A DNA stretch of 64,000 bases from an uncultured Chloroflexia bacterium (GTDB taxonomy: Bacteria > Chloroflexota > Limnocylindria > Limnocylindrales > CSP1-4), in assembly GCA_963842755.1 (NCBI GenBank), contig CAWJIC010000033.1, forward strand, positions 66,452 to 130,451, read 5' to 3'. Positions 27,284-37,696 of this stretch are shown piece after piece. Positions within the stretch are counted from its first letter, which is position 1; every line of letters begins with the position of its first letter. Both the position numbers and the translations under genes were made by a program. Under the pieces are notes generated by a model. The model had not been told where the DNA came from. It saw only the letters and a list, made by a program, of their open reading frames with translations, and did not search any database.

Positions 27284-28381
27284 TCAGAAGGTGATGACTC
27301 GCCGGACGCTCTCGCCCCGGCGCATCCTGGCGAAGGCGTCCTCGAGGTCCTCGAGGCCGATCCGGGCGTCGATGAGCTTCTCGATCGGCAGCCGCCCGGC
27401 GAGATGGAGCTCGGCCAGTCGCGGGAAGTCGAGGGCGGCCACCGCGAACCCGTAGTTCGAGCCCAGGATCCGCAGGCTGCCGTCGACGAACGGGAACGCC
27501 TCGAACGAGGCCCGCGCGCCGAAGCGGGTCAGCCCGACGAGGACGGCCGTCCCGCCCCGCGGCAGGACCGCGATCGACTGCTCGATCGTGGCCGGCAGGC
27601 CGATCGCCTCGAAGGTGAAGTCCGGACCCTCCCCGCCGGCCGCCGCGCGGACCGCCCGGATCGTCTCCTCCGGATCGCCGGCGAGGACCACGTGGGTCGC
27701 CCCCAGCTCGCGGGCCCGCTCCAGCTTCTGGGGCACCCGGTCGACGGCCACGATCCGGGTCGCCCCGGCGAGGGTCGCGCCCATGACGACCGACAGGCCG
27801 ACCCCGCCCAGGCCGAAGACGGCGACCGACGCCCCGGCTGGGACCTCCGCGGTCTTGATGACGGCCCCGACACCGGTGCTCACGGAGCAGCCGATCAGCG
27901 CCGCGACCTCCGGGGCGACCGCGTCGGGGATCGGGATCGCCGCCTCGACCGGCACGACCGTCCGCTCGGCCATCGTCCCGATCGCGAGATAGGCCAGCAC
28001 GTCCTGGCCGTCGGCGCGGTGGAGGCGGGTCGTGCCGTCCGGGCTCCGGTGCTCGAGGGCCGGCGTGTCGGAGCACAGCCACTGCCGACCGGACTGGCAG
28101 GCCCGGCAGCGCAGGCAGGGGTAGTACCAGCTCAGCACGACCTGCCGGCCCGGCTCGAGACCCGTGACGCCCGGGCCGATCGCCTCGACGACCCCGGCGC
28201 CCTCGTGCCCGAGGACGATCGGACCGGGCCGCTCCCACTCGGCGTCGCGCACGTGGAGGTCCGAGTGGCAGACGCCGCTGGCCGTGATCCGGACGCGAAC
28301 CTCGCCCGCCCGCGGCTCGTCCAGGACGAGATCCTCGACGCTGACGGGCTGCCCGGGCTGCTCCAGGACGGCTGCGCGCAT
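27284..28381 (-). CDS. Zn-dependent alcohol dehydrogenase (class III/MDR family)
   Basis: GVCHSDLH, GHEGAGVVEAIG, CLRCRACQSG structural-Zn Cys and GLGGVGLS Rossmann motif. Confidence 0.85.
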   Translation of the reverse strand: MRAAVLEQPGQPVSVEDLVLDEPRAGEVRVRITASGVCHSDLHVRDAEWERPGPIVLGHEGAGVVEAIGPGVTGLEPGRQVVLSWYYPCLRCRACQSGRQWLCSDTPALEHRSPDGTTRLHRADGQDVLAYLAIGTMAERTVVPVEAAIPIPDAVAPEVAALIGCSVSTGVGAVIKTAEVPAGASVAVFGLGGVGLSVVMGATLAGATRIVAVDRVPQKLERARELGATHVVLAGDPEETIRAVRAAAGGEGPDFTFEAIGLPATIEQSIAVLPRGGTAVLVGLTRFGARASFEAFPFVDGSLRILGSNYGFAVAALDFPRLAELHLAGRLPIEKLIDARIGLEDLEDAFARMRRGESVRRVITF

Positions 28382-28497
28382 GGTGGGCTCCTCGCAAGGC
28401 GACGACGGTCAGACCGGGAGTGTAGTCGCGAGGTCCCGGCGCCGTGGGGCTGCGCCACACCGTCGGGCTGGGCTACCATCACCGACCAGGAGGAACG

Positions 28498-29445
28498 ATG
28501 CCGCGCTACGGACCCGAGGACTCGCTGAAGTCGCCTCGCTTCACCGGCCCATCCACGTTTGCCCGGCTGCCGTACGTCCGGACGCTCGAGGAGGTCGACG
28601 TGGCCGTCGTCGGCGTCCCGTTCGACACCGGGGTGACGTACCGCGTCGGCGGGCGGTTCGGCCCCAACGGCGTCCGCGCCGCGAGCGTCATGCTCCGCCC
28701 CTACAACGCGAACCTGGACGTGAAGCCGTTCGACATTCTGTCCTGCGTGGACTACGGCGACGTGGCGATCATCCCGGGCTACATCGACCGGAGCTACGTC
28801 GCCATCGAGCAGGCCGTCGCGCCGATCGTCGAGGCCGGTGTCCTCCCGCTGCTCATCGGCGGGGACCACGCCTGCACGCTGCCGCACCTCCGGGCGACCC
28901 GCAGCCGCGGCCCGGTCGCGGTCATCGACTTCGACTCCCACACGGACGCCTGGGACAGCTACTTCGGCGAGAAGTACAACCACGGGACCTGGATGCGCCG
29001 GGCGATCGAGGAGGGCCTGGTCGACGTCGACCACTCGATCGAGGTCGGCCTGCGCGGGCCGCTCTACGACAGCGAGGACTGGACCGGTCTGCGGACCGAG
29101 CTCGGCCTCGACTACCTCACCACGGAGGACGTCCTCCGGATCGGCCCGGATGCGACGGCGGCGGCAATCCGCGCGCGGGTCGGCGACCGACTGGCCTTCA
29201 TCAGCTTCGATATCGACGTCGTCGACCCGGCTTTCGCGCCCGGCACCGGGACGCCGGAGCCCGGTGGCCTGTCCTCGCACGACGCCCTGCAGATCGTCCG
29301 CGGGCTGACCGGGATCGATTTCGTGGGGTTCGACGTCGTCGAGGTCATCCCGGCCTACGACCCCGCCGACCAGACCTCCTTCCTGGCCGCGAACCTCGCC
29401 TTCGAGATGCTCTCCCTCCATGCCCTCCGGAAGTCCGGCCGATGA
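28498..29445 (+). CDS. Agmatinase / guanidino-acid hydrolase (ureohydrolase family)
   Basis: AGGAGG RBS. GGDH, DFDSHTD, SFDIDVVDP and TPEPGG Mn-binding motifs. Confidence 0.85.
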   Translation: MPRYGPEDSLKSPRFTGPSTFARLPYVRTLEEVDVAVVGVPFDTGVTYRVGGRFGPNGVRAASVMLRPYNANLDVKPFDILSCVDYGDVAIIPGYIDRSYVAIEQAVAPIVEAGVLPLLIGGDHACTLPHLRATRSRGPVAVIDFDSHTDAWDSYFGEKYNHGTWMRRAIEEGLVDVDHSIEVGLRGPLYDSEDWTGLRTELGLDYLTTEDVLRIGPDATAAAIRARVGDRLAFISFDIDVVDPAFAPGTGTPEPGGLSSHDALQIVRGLTGIDFVGFDVVEVIPAYDPADQTSFLAANLAFEMLSLHALRKSGR

Positions 29446-29456
29446 CGGCCTGAGCG

Positions 29457-30410
29457 ATGGCGAAGACCTCGAGCATCTACTTCGTCGCGGACATCCACGG
29501 CTCGGACGTCTGCTGGCGGAAGTTCCTGAATGCGGCGAAGTTCTACGGTGTCGACACGATCATCGTCGGCGGCGACGTCACGGGGAAGGCACTCGTGCCC
29601 ATGATCGAGCGTCGTGACGGCCGCATCGAGGCTCGCGTCGCCGGGCGCGTCCAGCTGGCTCGGACGGCGGAAGAGGTCGCCGAGCTGGAGGCCCGGATCC
29701 GCTTCAACGGGTTCTACCCGTACCGCTGCGACGAGGCGTCGTACGCGAAGCTGGACGCCGACCCGGCCCACCGCGACGAGGTCTTCACCGGGGTCATGGA
29801 GGACACGCTCCGGTCCTGGCTCCGGCTGGCCGACGAGCGGCTGAAGGGCACGGGCATCCGGGCGCTGGTCATGCCCGGCAACGATGACGGCTGGTATGTC
29901 GACGACGTCCTCACCGAGTCGGCCGAGGTCATCAACTCGGACGGACGGGTGCTCGACCTCGGGGAGTTCCAGGTGCTCGGGTTCGGGCCGTCGAACCGCA
30001 CCCCCTGGCACACCCACCGCGAGCTCGACGAGTCGGACATCGCCGATCGGCTGGTCACCCTCGAGGCCCAGGTCGACCCGGCCAAGCCGCTGGTCGTCAC
30101 AACCCATGTGCCGCCTTACGGGACCGGGATCGACGTCGCGCCGAAGCTGCGCGACGACCTCTCGGTCGTGACCGAGGGCGGCGAGCCGGTGATGGTCCCC
30201 GTCGGGAGCACTGCCGTGCGCGACTTCATCGAGCGCACGCAGCCGATGCTGTCGCTCCATGGTCACATCCACGAGTCGCGCGGGGCAACCCGGCTCGGAC
30301 GGACCCTCACGATCAATCCCGGCAGCGCCTACTCGACCGGGGCGCTGTACGGGGCGATCGTGACCTTGAAGCACGGCAAGGTGCTTTCGCACCAGCTCGT
30401 GACCGGATAG
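29457..30410 (+). CDS. Metallophosphoesterase
   Basis: VADIHGS, GGDVTGK, PGNDD and HGHIHES motifs. Confidence 0.75.
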   Translation: MAKTSSIYFVADIHGSDVCWRKFLNAAKFYGVDTIIVGGDVTGKALVPMIERRDGRIEARVAGRVQLARTAEEVAELEARIRFNGFYPYRCDEASYAKLDADPAHRDEVFTGVMEDTLRSWLRLADERLKGTGIRALVMPGNDDGWYVDDVLTESAEVINSDGRVLDLGEFQVLGFGPSNRTPWHTHRELDESDIADRLVTLEAQVDPAKPLVVTTHVPPYGTGIDVAPKLRDDLSVVTEGGEPVMVPVGSTAVRDFIERTQPMLSLHGHIHESRGATRLGRTLTINPGSAYSTGALYGAIVTLKHGKVLSHQLVTG

Positions 30411-30481
30411 TAGGTCGGTGGTTCGCCGATCGGTCGCGGAGGGCGGCCGGGAGCGGAAGAAGGAGGAGGAGGAGGAACCGA

Positions 30482-32080
30482 GTGGCACTGCGTGACGTGA
30501 AGATCTTCACCCGTCAGGCGACCGGCCTGACGAAGGAGATCGGCACCCTCGATACGTTCGTCTACAACGTCAACAACCAGAACATCGGCATCGGGGTTGC
30601 GTTCGTCCTGCTGTTCATCCCGGGCTTCTACGCCGGGGCGGACATCTTCCAGTCGATGCTCATCGCGGCCGTCCTGGCGCTCCCGATGGCGCTGGTCTAC
30701 GCGTTCTTCTCGGCGGCGATCCCGCGCTCCGGCGGCGACTACGTCTACATCAGCCGGACGCTTCACCCGCTCCTGGGCTTCGTGGCCAGCTGGAACTGGG
30801 TCTTCTGGATGACCGTCTACATCGGCGTCCCGGCGGCCTACTTCGCCCAGTACGGCCTCTCGGGGATGTTCCGGATGCTCGGCGTCGCGACGACCAACAC
30901 GGGGCTAATCGACCTGGGCAACTCCTTCGTCAACATGGACGTGACCCTCGTCGTGGGTACTCTCCTCATCGGGTTCTTCGCGGTCATCTTCGCGCTCGGG
31001 ACCCGGGTCTATTTCCGGCTCCAGAATGCCGTCTTCGCGCTCGGGATGGTCGGCATCGCTCTCGCGATCGCGCTGGCCTTCCTGGGCAACTCGGCAGAGT
31101 TCGCGGGCCACTTCGACGCGTACGTCGCGAGTGCAGGCGGGATCGCGAATGCGAGCAGCCTGGCGGTCCAGCCCGCGCCGTACGACTTCCTGCAGACCCT
31201 CTACAGCTCGACCTGGCCGCAGTTCATCGTCCTCTTCGCGATCACCTCGAGCTTCCTGGGCGGCGAGGTCCGCAAGGCGCGGGTCAGCCAGCTCCTGGGC
31301 ATGCCCGGCGGGGTCGTCTTCGTGACGATCCTGATGTTCCTGCTGGCCGCCTCGGTCGCCCAGCTGGTGGGCCAGCCGATCCTCGGCGCGATCAGCGCGA
31401 ACTACTTCAGCCCGGACGCCCTGGGGCTCTCGTTCGTGCCCACCTACAACGAGGTCGTCGGCGCCGCCTACCCGGGCAACGTCGTGGTCGCCCTGCTGCT
31501 CGGCTTCACGTTCGTGTTCTGGACGTACGTCTGGCTGCCGATCAACTTCCTGGCCTCGACCCGGGCGCTCCTGGCCTGGTCGCTCGACGGGCTCATGCCG
31601 GCCCGCGTCAGCGAGGTGAGCGAGGACCGCCACACCCCGACCGTGGCGATCATCATCGTTGCGGTGATGGGCTGGATCTCGCTGTTCCTCTACACCCGGG
31701 GGATCATCAACACCCTGTACGGGATCTTCGGCTGGGTCCTCTCGTTCCTCGTCTGCTCGATCGCCGCGATGGTCTTCCCGTACCGATTGAAGACGGTCTT
31801 CGAGTCGTCGCCGGTGAACTGGCGGATCGCCGGCATCCCGCTCATGTCGATCATCGGGGCCGTCGCGACGGTCGCGCTGCTCATCGTCGAGTACATCTGG
31901 TGGGCGGACCCGGTCAACGGGCTCGACGCCACGACGGCGACGCTGGGCGACGATCGGATGAAGATCCTGACGATCCTCGTCTTCGCGACCGGCGCCGCCT
32001 GGTACCTCGGCGCGCGCTTCATCCAGGCCCAGCGGGGAGTCCGGATCGAGCGGGCGTTCGCGGAGATCCCGCCCGAGTGA
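30482..32080 (+). CDS. APC-superfamily amino acid/polyamine permease
   Basis: About 12 TM segments and an IPRSGGDYVYISR motif. GTG start after a purine-rich RBS tract. Confidence 0.8.
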   Translation: MALRDVKIFTRQATGLTKEIGTLDTFVYNVNNQNIGIGVAFVLLFIPGFYAGADIFQSMLIAAVLALPMALVYAFFSAAIPRSGGDYVYISRTLHPLLGFVASWNWVFWMTVYIGVPAAYFAQYGLSGMFRMLGVATTNTGLIDLGNSFVNMDVTLVVGTLLIGFFAVIFALGTRVYFRLQNAVFALGMVGIALAIALAFLGNSAEFAGHFDAYVASAGGIANASSLAVQPAPYDFLQTLYSSTWPQFIVLFAITSSFLGGEVRKARVSQLLGMPGGVVFVTILMFLLAASVAQLVGQPILGAISANYFSPDALGLSFVPTYNEVVGAAYPGNVVVALLLGFTFVFWTYVWLPINFLASTRALLAWSLDGLMPARVSEVSEDRHTPTVAIIIVAVMGWISLFLYTRGIINTLYGIFGWVLSFLVCSIAAMVFPYRLKTVFESSPVNWRIAGIPLMSIIGAVATVALLIVEYIWWADPVNGLDATTATLGDDRMKILTILVFATGAAWYLGARFIQAQRGVRIERAFAEIPPE

Positions 32081-32096
32081 GGGCGCGGAGCTGCAC

Positions 32097-32834
32097 ATGA
32101 GCCCCGGAGACGACCCGGCCGTCGCGCGCGGCCGGGTCGCCCTCGTGACGGGGGCCAGCAGCGGGATCGGTCGCGCGACGGCCGAGCGATTCGCCGCCGC
32201 CGGCTACCGGGTGGCGGTCAACTACGCCTCCAACGCGACCGCCGGGGAGGCGATCGCCGCCAGGATCGGCGGCGCCGCGTTCGGCTGCGACGTCGCCGAC
32301 CCGGTCGCGGTGGAGCGGATGGTCCGTGACGTGGAGGCTGCCCTCGGTCCGATCGACGTCGCCGTCTGCAATGCCGGCTTCTACGAGGAGCGCCCGCTGG
32401 CCGAGGTCACGGACGAGCTCTGGGATCGGAGCCTGCGGGTCATGCTGGGCGGCTGCTTCCACGTCGCGCGCGCCGTCGTGCCCGGGATGCGGGAGCGCGG
32501 CCAAGGCTCGATCGTGGCCGTCGCCTCGGAGCTCGCGCTCATGGGGGGCGTGGAGATCGCCCACTACGTCGCCGCGAAGGCCGCCGTCATCGGCCTGGCG
32601 CGCTCGCTCGCGCGGGAGCTCGCCCCGGCGATCCGGGTCAACGTCGTCGCGCCGGGAGCTGTCGACACGCCGCTCCTCCCGGATCGCGACCGGGGGCCCG
32701 CCTACACCTCGACCGTGCCGCTCGGGCGGATCGGGCGTCCCGGGGAGATCGCCGAGGCGATCCTCCACATCGCCGAAGCGCCGTGGACGACCGGCGCGCT
32801 CTACTCGCCCAACGGCGGGGTCGTCATCCAGTGA
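32097..32834 (+). CDS. SDR-family oxidoreductase
   Basis: VTGASSGIG, NAG and YVAAKAA (YxxxK). Confidence 0.85.
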   Translation: MSPGDDPAVARGRVALVTGASSGIGRATAERFAAAGYRVAVNYASNATAGEAIAARIGGAAFGCDVADPVAVERMVRDVEAALGPIDVAVCNAGFYEERPLAEVTDELWDRSLRVMLGGCFHVARAVVPGMRERGQGSIVAVASELALMGGVEIAHYVAAKAAVIGLARSLARELAPAIRVNVVAPGAVDTPLLPDRDRGPAYTSTVPLGRIGRPGEIAEAILHIAEAPWTTGALYSPNGGVVIQ

Positions 32835-33565
32835 CCGGGAGCGGAGTGCAGCGCGACACCGCCGCCTCCGTGCGCGTCGCCCTCGTCACCGGTGCCGGCG
32901 GCGGCCTCGGGCGGGCGCTCGTCGACGTCCTCGGGGCGGACGGCTGGACCGTCGCCGCGGCGACCCACAGGGAAGGGCCGTTCGCCGCCGACCTTGCCGA
33001 TCCGGCCGCGGCAGGCGACCTCGTCGAGCGGGTCCTCGCCCGGTTCGGCCGCCTGGACGTCCTGGTCGCCAACCACGCCGCCATGCACATGGCGCCGGTC
33101 GACGAGCATCCCGTCGATGACTGGTGGCGGATCGTCGACACGAACCTGTCGGGCTCGTTCCGCCTGGCCCGCGCGGCGGCGCCGCACGTCGCCAGGGCCG
33201 GCGGCTCGATCGTCTTCGTGTCGAGCGAGTGGGGGGTGACCGGCTGGCCGGACGCGTCGGCGTACGCGGCCAGCAAGGCCGGCCTGATCGGCCTGACGAA
33301 GGCGCTCGCGCGGGAGCTCGCCCCCGCTGTCCGGGTGAACGCGATCGCCCCGGGCGTCATCGACACGCCCCAGCTCCTGGTCGATGCGGACGCCGCCGGC
33401 GTGTCGCTCGACGTGATCCGGCAGCGCTACGCTGCGGCGGCGCCGCTCCGGCGGATCGCCGCGCCGGAGGAGATCGCGGCCACGGTCGCTTTCCTCGTTT
33501 CGCCCGCCGGGAGCTACTACACCGGCCAGGTGCTGCAGCCGAACGGCGGCACCACGATGGCCTGA
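32831..33565 (+). CDS. SDR-family oxidoreductase
   Basis: The GTG overlaps the upstream stop (GTGA). VTGAGGGLG and YAASKAG. Confidence 0.8.
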   Translation: MTGSGVQRDTAASVRVALVTGAGGGLGRALVDVLGADGWTVAAATHREGPFAADLADPAAAGDLVERVLARFGRLDVLVANHAAMHMAPVDEHPVDDWWRIVDTNLSGSFRLARAAAPHVARAGGSIVFVSSEWGVTGWPDASAYAASKAGLIGLTKALARELAPAVRVNAIAPGVIDTPQLLVDADAAGVSLDVIRQRYAAAAPLRRIAAPEEIAATVAFLVSPAGSYYTGQVLQPNGGTTMA

Positions 33566-33602
33566 TGGCAGGAAATCCACGCTCGATGAGGTCCGACTTC
33601 CG

Positions 33603-34490
33603 ATGAGCTTCCACGATCCGTCCGGGGGCTTCAACTGGCCGTCCGGGTATCGCGCGGCCGCCGCCTTCACGTTCGATCTCGACGCCGAGAGCGGGATCCT
33701 CTTCGACCACCCGGAGACGGCCGGCTACCTGGACGTCATGAGCCACCAGGCATACGGGCCCCGGACCGCGGTTCCGCGTCTGCTGCGGATCCTCGACCGC
33801 CAGGCGATCAGGGCCACGTTCTTCATCCCGGGCTACTCCGCCGAGCGCTGGCCGGACGCGGTTCGCTCCATCCGCGACGCGGGCCACGAGATCGCCCACC
33901 ACGGCTACCTCCACGAGGGCTCGCGGGGCGCGGACCCGGAGCTGGAGGAGCGCCGCCTCCAGCGCGGCTTCGAGGCGCTCGACGCGGTCGCCGGAGTCCG
34001 CCCGATCGGCTACCGGGCGCCCAACTGGGAGCTGAGCTACGCCCTACCGGCGATCCTCGCCCGGCACGGCATCCGCTACGACTCAGGGCTGATGGACGCG
34101 GACCATCCGTACCGCCTCGCGGTGAGCGCCGAGCCCGGCGCGCCGACCCTCGTGGAGCTGCCCGCCCACTGGAGCCTCGACGACTGGGGGCCGTACAACT
34201 ACCTGCCCGGCCTGACCGGCTCGGGCGTCATCGCCAGCCCCGCGGACGTCACCGCCCGCTGGGCCCTCGAGCTCGACGCGCTGGCCGACGAGGGCGGCCT
34301 GTTCATGCTCACGAACCATCCGTTCGTCAGCGGCCGCGCGTCCCGCGCAGCCGCCCTGGAGCGGCTCATCGAGCGGGCCAGGAGCCTCGGCGGCGTGTGG
34401 CTGGCGACCTGCGCCGAGATCGCCGCCCACGTGGAGACGCTCGACCTGCCGCCGGTCGTCCACGTGCCGCCGGTCCTGCCCGCCGACTGA
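33603..34490 (+). CDS. Polysaccharide deacetylase (NodB-homology) family protein
   Basis: TFDLDAES, ATFFIPG and HEIAHHGYLHE motifs. Confidence 0.75.
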   Translation: MSFHDPSGGFNWPSGYRAAAAFTFDLDAESGILFDHPETAGYLDVMSHQAYGPRTAVPRLLRILDRQAIRATFFIPGYSAERWPDAVRSIRDAGHEIAHHGYLHEGSRGADPELEERRLQRGFEALDAVAGVRPIGYRAPNWELSYALPAILARHGIRYDSGLMDADHPYRLAVSAEPGAPTLVELPAHWSLDDWGPYNYLPGLTGSGVIASPADVTARWALELDALADEGGLFMLTNHPFVSGRASRAAALERLIERARSLGGVWLATCAEIAAHVETLDLPPVVHVPPVLPAD

Positions 34491-34641
34491 GCGGCCCTGA
34501 CGGCCGGTCTGCCGCGATTTCCTCTGACACGCGGCCGTCCCGACCCGGTATCCTCCGCTGCATAGGGCGGGCGAAGGTCCCGCCTTCGCGACGGGGTCGA
34601 CGGATCCGGCGCGATCGGACAGTTCGCATGAGGGAGCAGCG

Positions 34642-35259
34642 ATGGATCAGAGCGCACCAACCGGCGACTCGGGGACCCCATCGGGCAGCGGATGGGCCGC
34701 GCCGCCCGCGCCGCCCGCGCCTCCCGTCCAGCCCGGCCCGGCGGGCTTCGTCTACGCCGACGTCCCGAACCGCGCGATCGCCTACATCATCGACGCGGTC
34801 ATCATCGGGATCGTGAGCATCGTCGCATTCGGGATCCTCGGTGGGATCGGACTGAGCGTCGTGTCGATCGACACTTCGGGGATCACCTACAACTACTTCG
34901 CGTCGATCATCCTCGCCGTCGTCGGCCTCGTCATCAGCGGCGGGTACTTCCTCTACACCTGGACCGCGATGCGCGGAACGGTCGGGATGAAGGTCCTCGG
35001 GATGCAGGTCGGCAACGCGGGGGACGGGAAGACGCTGACCATGGACCAGGCGATCCGCCGCTGGATCGCGCTCGGGGCGCCGTTCTCCGTCGCCCAGGCG
35101 TTCAACCCCCTGCCGGCGCTGGGCATGCTGCTCGGCCTCGTCGCTTTTGGCTGGTTCATCTACCTCCTGTACACGACGGCGAACAGCGCGACGAAGCAGG
35201 GATTCCACGACACGTTCGCCAACACGATGGTCGTCAAGGCGGCGCGCGCGGTCGGCTGA
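34642..35259 (+). CDS. RDD-family membrane protein
   Basis: Pro-rich N-terminus, NRAIAYIIDAVIIGIV, 3 TM segments and a FHDTFANTMVV end. Confidence 0.7.
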   Translation: MDQSAPTGDSGTPSGSGWAAPPAPPAPPVQPGPAGFVYADVPNRAIAYIIDAVIIGIVSIVAFGILGGIGLSVVSIDTSGITYNYFASIILAVVGLVISGGYFLYTWTAMRGTVGMKVLGMQVGNAGDGKTLTMDQAIRRWIALGAPFSVAQAFNPLPALGMLLGLVAFGWFIYLLYTTANSATKQGFHDTFANTMVVKAARAVG

Positions 35260-35368
35260 CGCCACGACCGCGCCCATTCGGAGACGCCCCCGGCACCGTC
35301 GGGGGCGTCCTCATGCCGGGGAGGCGGGCCACAGTCCGAATCCCCGCGGAGGGCGACGTGGAGCGACG

Positions 35369-37675
35369 ATGACGACGGCGGCGCTGGCGGATGCCCCGGC
35401 GTCCTCCGGAGCAGCTCGGGCCCGATCCGGCCGCGATGCGGCGACCCTCATCGTGTTCGGCACGACGATCGCGCTCTCGGCGTTCCTCCTGTTCACCGTG
35501 GAGCTGCTGGTCGGCCGCCTGACCCTGCCCGCCTTCGGCGGGACGCCGGCCGTGTGGGCCACGGTCCTGTGCTTCTTCCAGGCCGTCCTCCTCGTCGGCT
35601 ATCTCTACGGGCATCTGTCCGCCACCCGGCTCGGGCCTCGTCGGGGGGCGGTCGTTCACGTCTGCCTCGCCGTCCTCGCGCTCGGGGCGCTGGCCGTGGC
35701 GCCGGCCCGCGTCGGCGACCTGCGCGACGTCGGGCAGCCGGCCGTCGTGAACCTCCTCTGGATCCTCGGCCTGGCCGTCGGTGCGCCGGCCCTCCTGATC
35801 ACCGCCACGACCCCGCTCCTCTCGTCGTGGCTCGCCGCCGTGCGCGGGGCGGAGGGCGCGGAGGCGGACCCGTACTGGCTGTACGCCCTGAGCAATGCCG
35901 GGTCGTTCGCCGCCCTCCTGGCCTACCCGTTCGTCATCGAGCCCGCGCTCGGACTGGCCGCCCAGCGGTCGACCTGGGGACTCGGCGTGGTCGTCCTGGC
36001 CGGATGCCTGGCCGCCTGCGCCGGGATCGTCCTGCGCCGGGCCGGGCCGGTCGTCGGCCGCTCGGCTTCGGCGGTCGCGCAACGCTCACGCGTTGCCGCA
36101 GCCCCGATCACGTGGGGCCGGCGCGGCCGCTGGCTGCTGCTCGCCGCGATCCCGTCCGGCCTGCTCTCGGCCGTCACGAACTTCATCACGACCGACCTCA
36201 TCTCGGCGCCCCTGCTGTGGGTCGGGCCGCTCGCGATCTACCTGCTGACGTTCGTCGTCGCCTTCTCCGCGCGCGGCCGGCGGATCCTCCCGGTGGCCGA
36301 GTGGCTGGCGCCGGCGGCGATCACCCTCCTGTGGGTCCCGTTCGGCTCGGCGGCCGGCTGGCCGATCGCCCCGCTCCTCCTGCTCGAGTTCGGTGGCCTG
36401 GCCGTCGTTGCGACGACCCTCCACGGTCGGCTCGCCACGGACCGCCCGGAGCCGGCGCGGCTGACCGAGTTCTACCTCGTCCTGTCCGCCGGGGGCGTCC
36501 TCGCCAGCTCGTTCGTGGCGATCGTCGCGCCGGTCCTGTTCAAGGGCGTCTGGGAGTACCCGCTGCTCCTGGTCCTGGCGCTCGCGGCGCTGGCGCTGGG
36601 GCGTTCCGGGCCGCTGCCCAGGCCGCGCCGCCGGTTCGACCTCTCGCCGTTCCTCGCCGGCGCGGCCGGCCGGGTCCTGCCGTACGCGTTCGTCGCGGCC
36701 GGCCTCGGGCTCGGGCTGCTCGCGGCCGGCTCGATCGGCCTCGAAGCCGGCGTCCGCTGGCTGCTCGTCGGTGGGCTCATCCTGCTCGTCGGCGGCCAGC
36801 CGCGGTTCCTCGCCCTGTCGACCGGGCTCGTCCTTGCGCTCGCCGTCTTCGTCCTCGCCCCGGCCGCGGTGCTGCGCGACCGGAGCTTCTTCGGGGTGAC
36901 CGAGGTCCTCCGCTCGGCGGATCCACCCGTCACGATCCTGATGAACGGGACGACTGTCCACGGCGTCCAGTCGACCGATCCCGCCCTGCGGCGGATCCCC
37001 GGCTCGTACTACGCCCCGCATGGGCCGCTGGGCGATGTCGTCGCGCTCGTCCGCGGGCGGGCCCGGGCGGCGGCGGCGCGGTCGATCGGGGTCGTGGGGC
37101 TCGGGGCCGGGACGATCTCGGCGTACGCCCAGATCGGGGACACGCTGACGTTCTTCGAGATCGACCCGCTCGTGGCCCGGGTCGCGTCCGACCCGCGCTA
37201 CTTCACCTACCTGTCCGACGCGCCGACGCGGCCGACGATCGTGCTGGGCGACGCCCGGCTGTCGCTCGAGCCGGTCGCGTCCGGCACGTACGACCTCCTC
37301 GTCCTCGACGCGTTCTCGTCCGACTCGATCCCGGCCCACCTCCTGACCGTCGAGGCGCTCGCCGATGACGCCCGCGTCCTGCGACCGGGCGGCCTTCTCG
37401 CGATCCACGTCTCGAACCGCTACTACGACCTGGCGCCCGCGGTGGCGAGCGCCGCCGGGCGAGCCGGCCTGACCGTCCTGCAGCGGATCTACGAGCCGAC
37501 GCCCGAGGACCGCGGTCGGGGCGCCTCGATCTCCCACTGGCTCGCCGCGACGAGCGTCTCCTCCGACCTGGCCGAGCTCCTGGCGGCCGGCTGGGAGCCG
37601 GTCCGCGCCGGCGTGAGGCCGCTCACGGACGACCATCCCGACCTGCTCCGGCTCCTCCGCGCCGGGACCTGGTAG
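35369..37675 (+). CDS. Fused polytopic membrane domain + spermidine-synthase-like methyltransferase-fold protein
   Basis: More than 10 TM segments N-terminally. The C-terminus has VVGLGAGT, LVLDAFSSDSIPAHLLTVEA and GGLLAIHVSN, typical of spermine/spermidine synthase-like fusions. Confidence 0.75.
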   Translation: MTTAALADAPASSGAARARSGRDAATLIVFGTTIALSAFLLFTVELLVGRLTLPAFGGTPAVWATVLCFFQAVLLVGYLYGHLSATRLGPRRGAVVHVCLAVLALGALAVAPARVGDLRDVGQPAVVNLLWILGLAVGAPALLITATTPLLSSWLAAVRGAEGAEADPYWLYALSNAGSFAALLAYPFVIEPALGLAAQRSTWGLGVVVLAGCLAACAGIVLRRAGPVVGRSASAVAQRSRVAAAPITWGRRGRWLLLAAIPSGLLSAVTNFITTDLISAPLLWVGPLAIYLLTFVVAFSARGRRILPVAEWLAPAAITLLWVPFGSAAGWPIAPLLLLEFGGLAVVATTLHGRLATDRPEPARLTEFYLVLSAGGVLASSFVAIVAPVLFKGVWEYPLLLVLALAALALGRSGPLPRPRRRFDLSPFLAGAAGRVLPYAFVAAGLGLGLLAAGSIGLEAGVRWLLVGGLILLVGGQPRFLALSTGLVLALAVFVLAPAAVLRDRSFFGVTEVLRSADPPVTILMNGTTVHGVQSTDPALRRIPGSYYAPHGPLGDVVALVRGRARAAAARSIGVVGLGAGTISAYAQIGDTLTFFEIDPLVARVASDPRYFTYLSDAPTRPTIVLGDARLSLEPVASGTYDLLVLDAFSSDSIPAHLLTVEALADDARVLRPGGLLAIHVSNRYYDLAPAVASAAGRAGLTVLQRIYEPTPEDRGRGASISHWLAATSVSSDLAELLAAGWEPVRAGVRPLTDDHPDLLRLLRAGTW

Positions 37676-37696
37676 GGGCCGGGCCCGGCATCGCCG

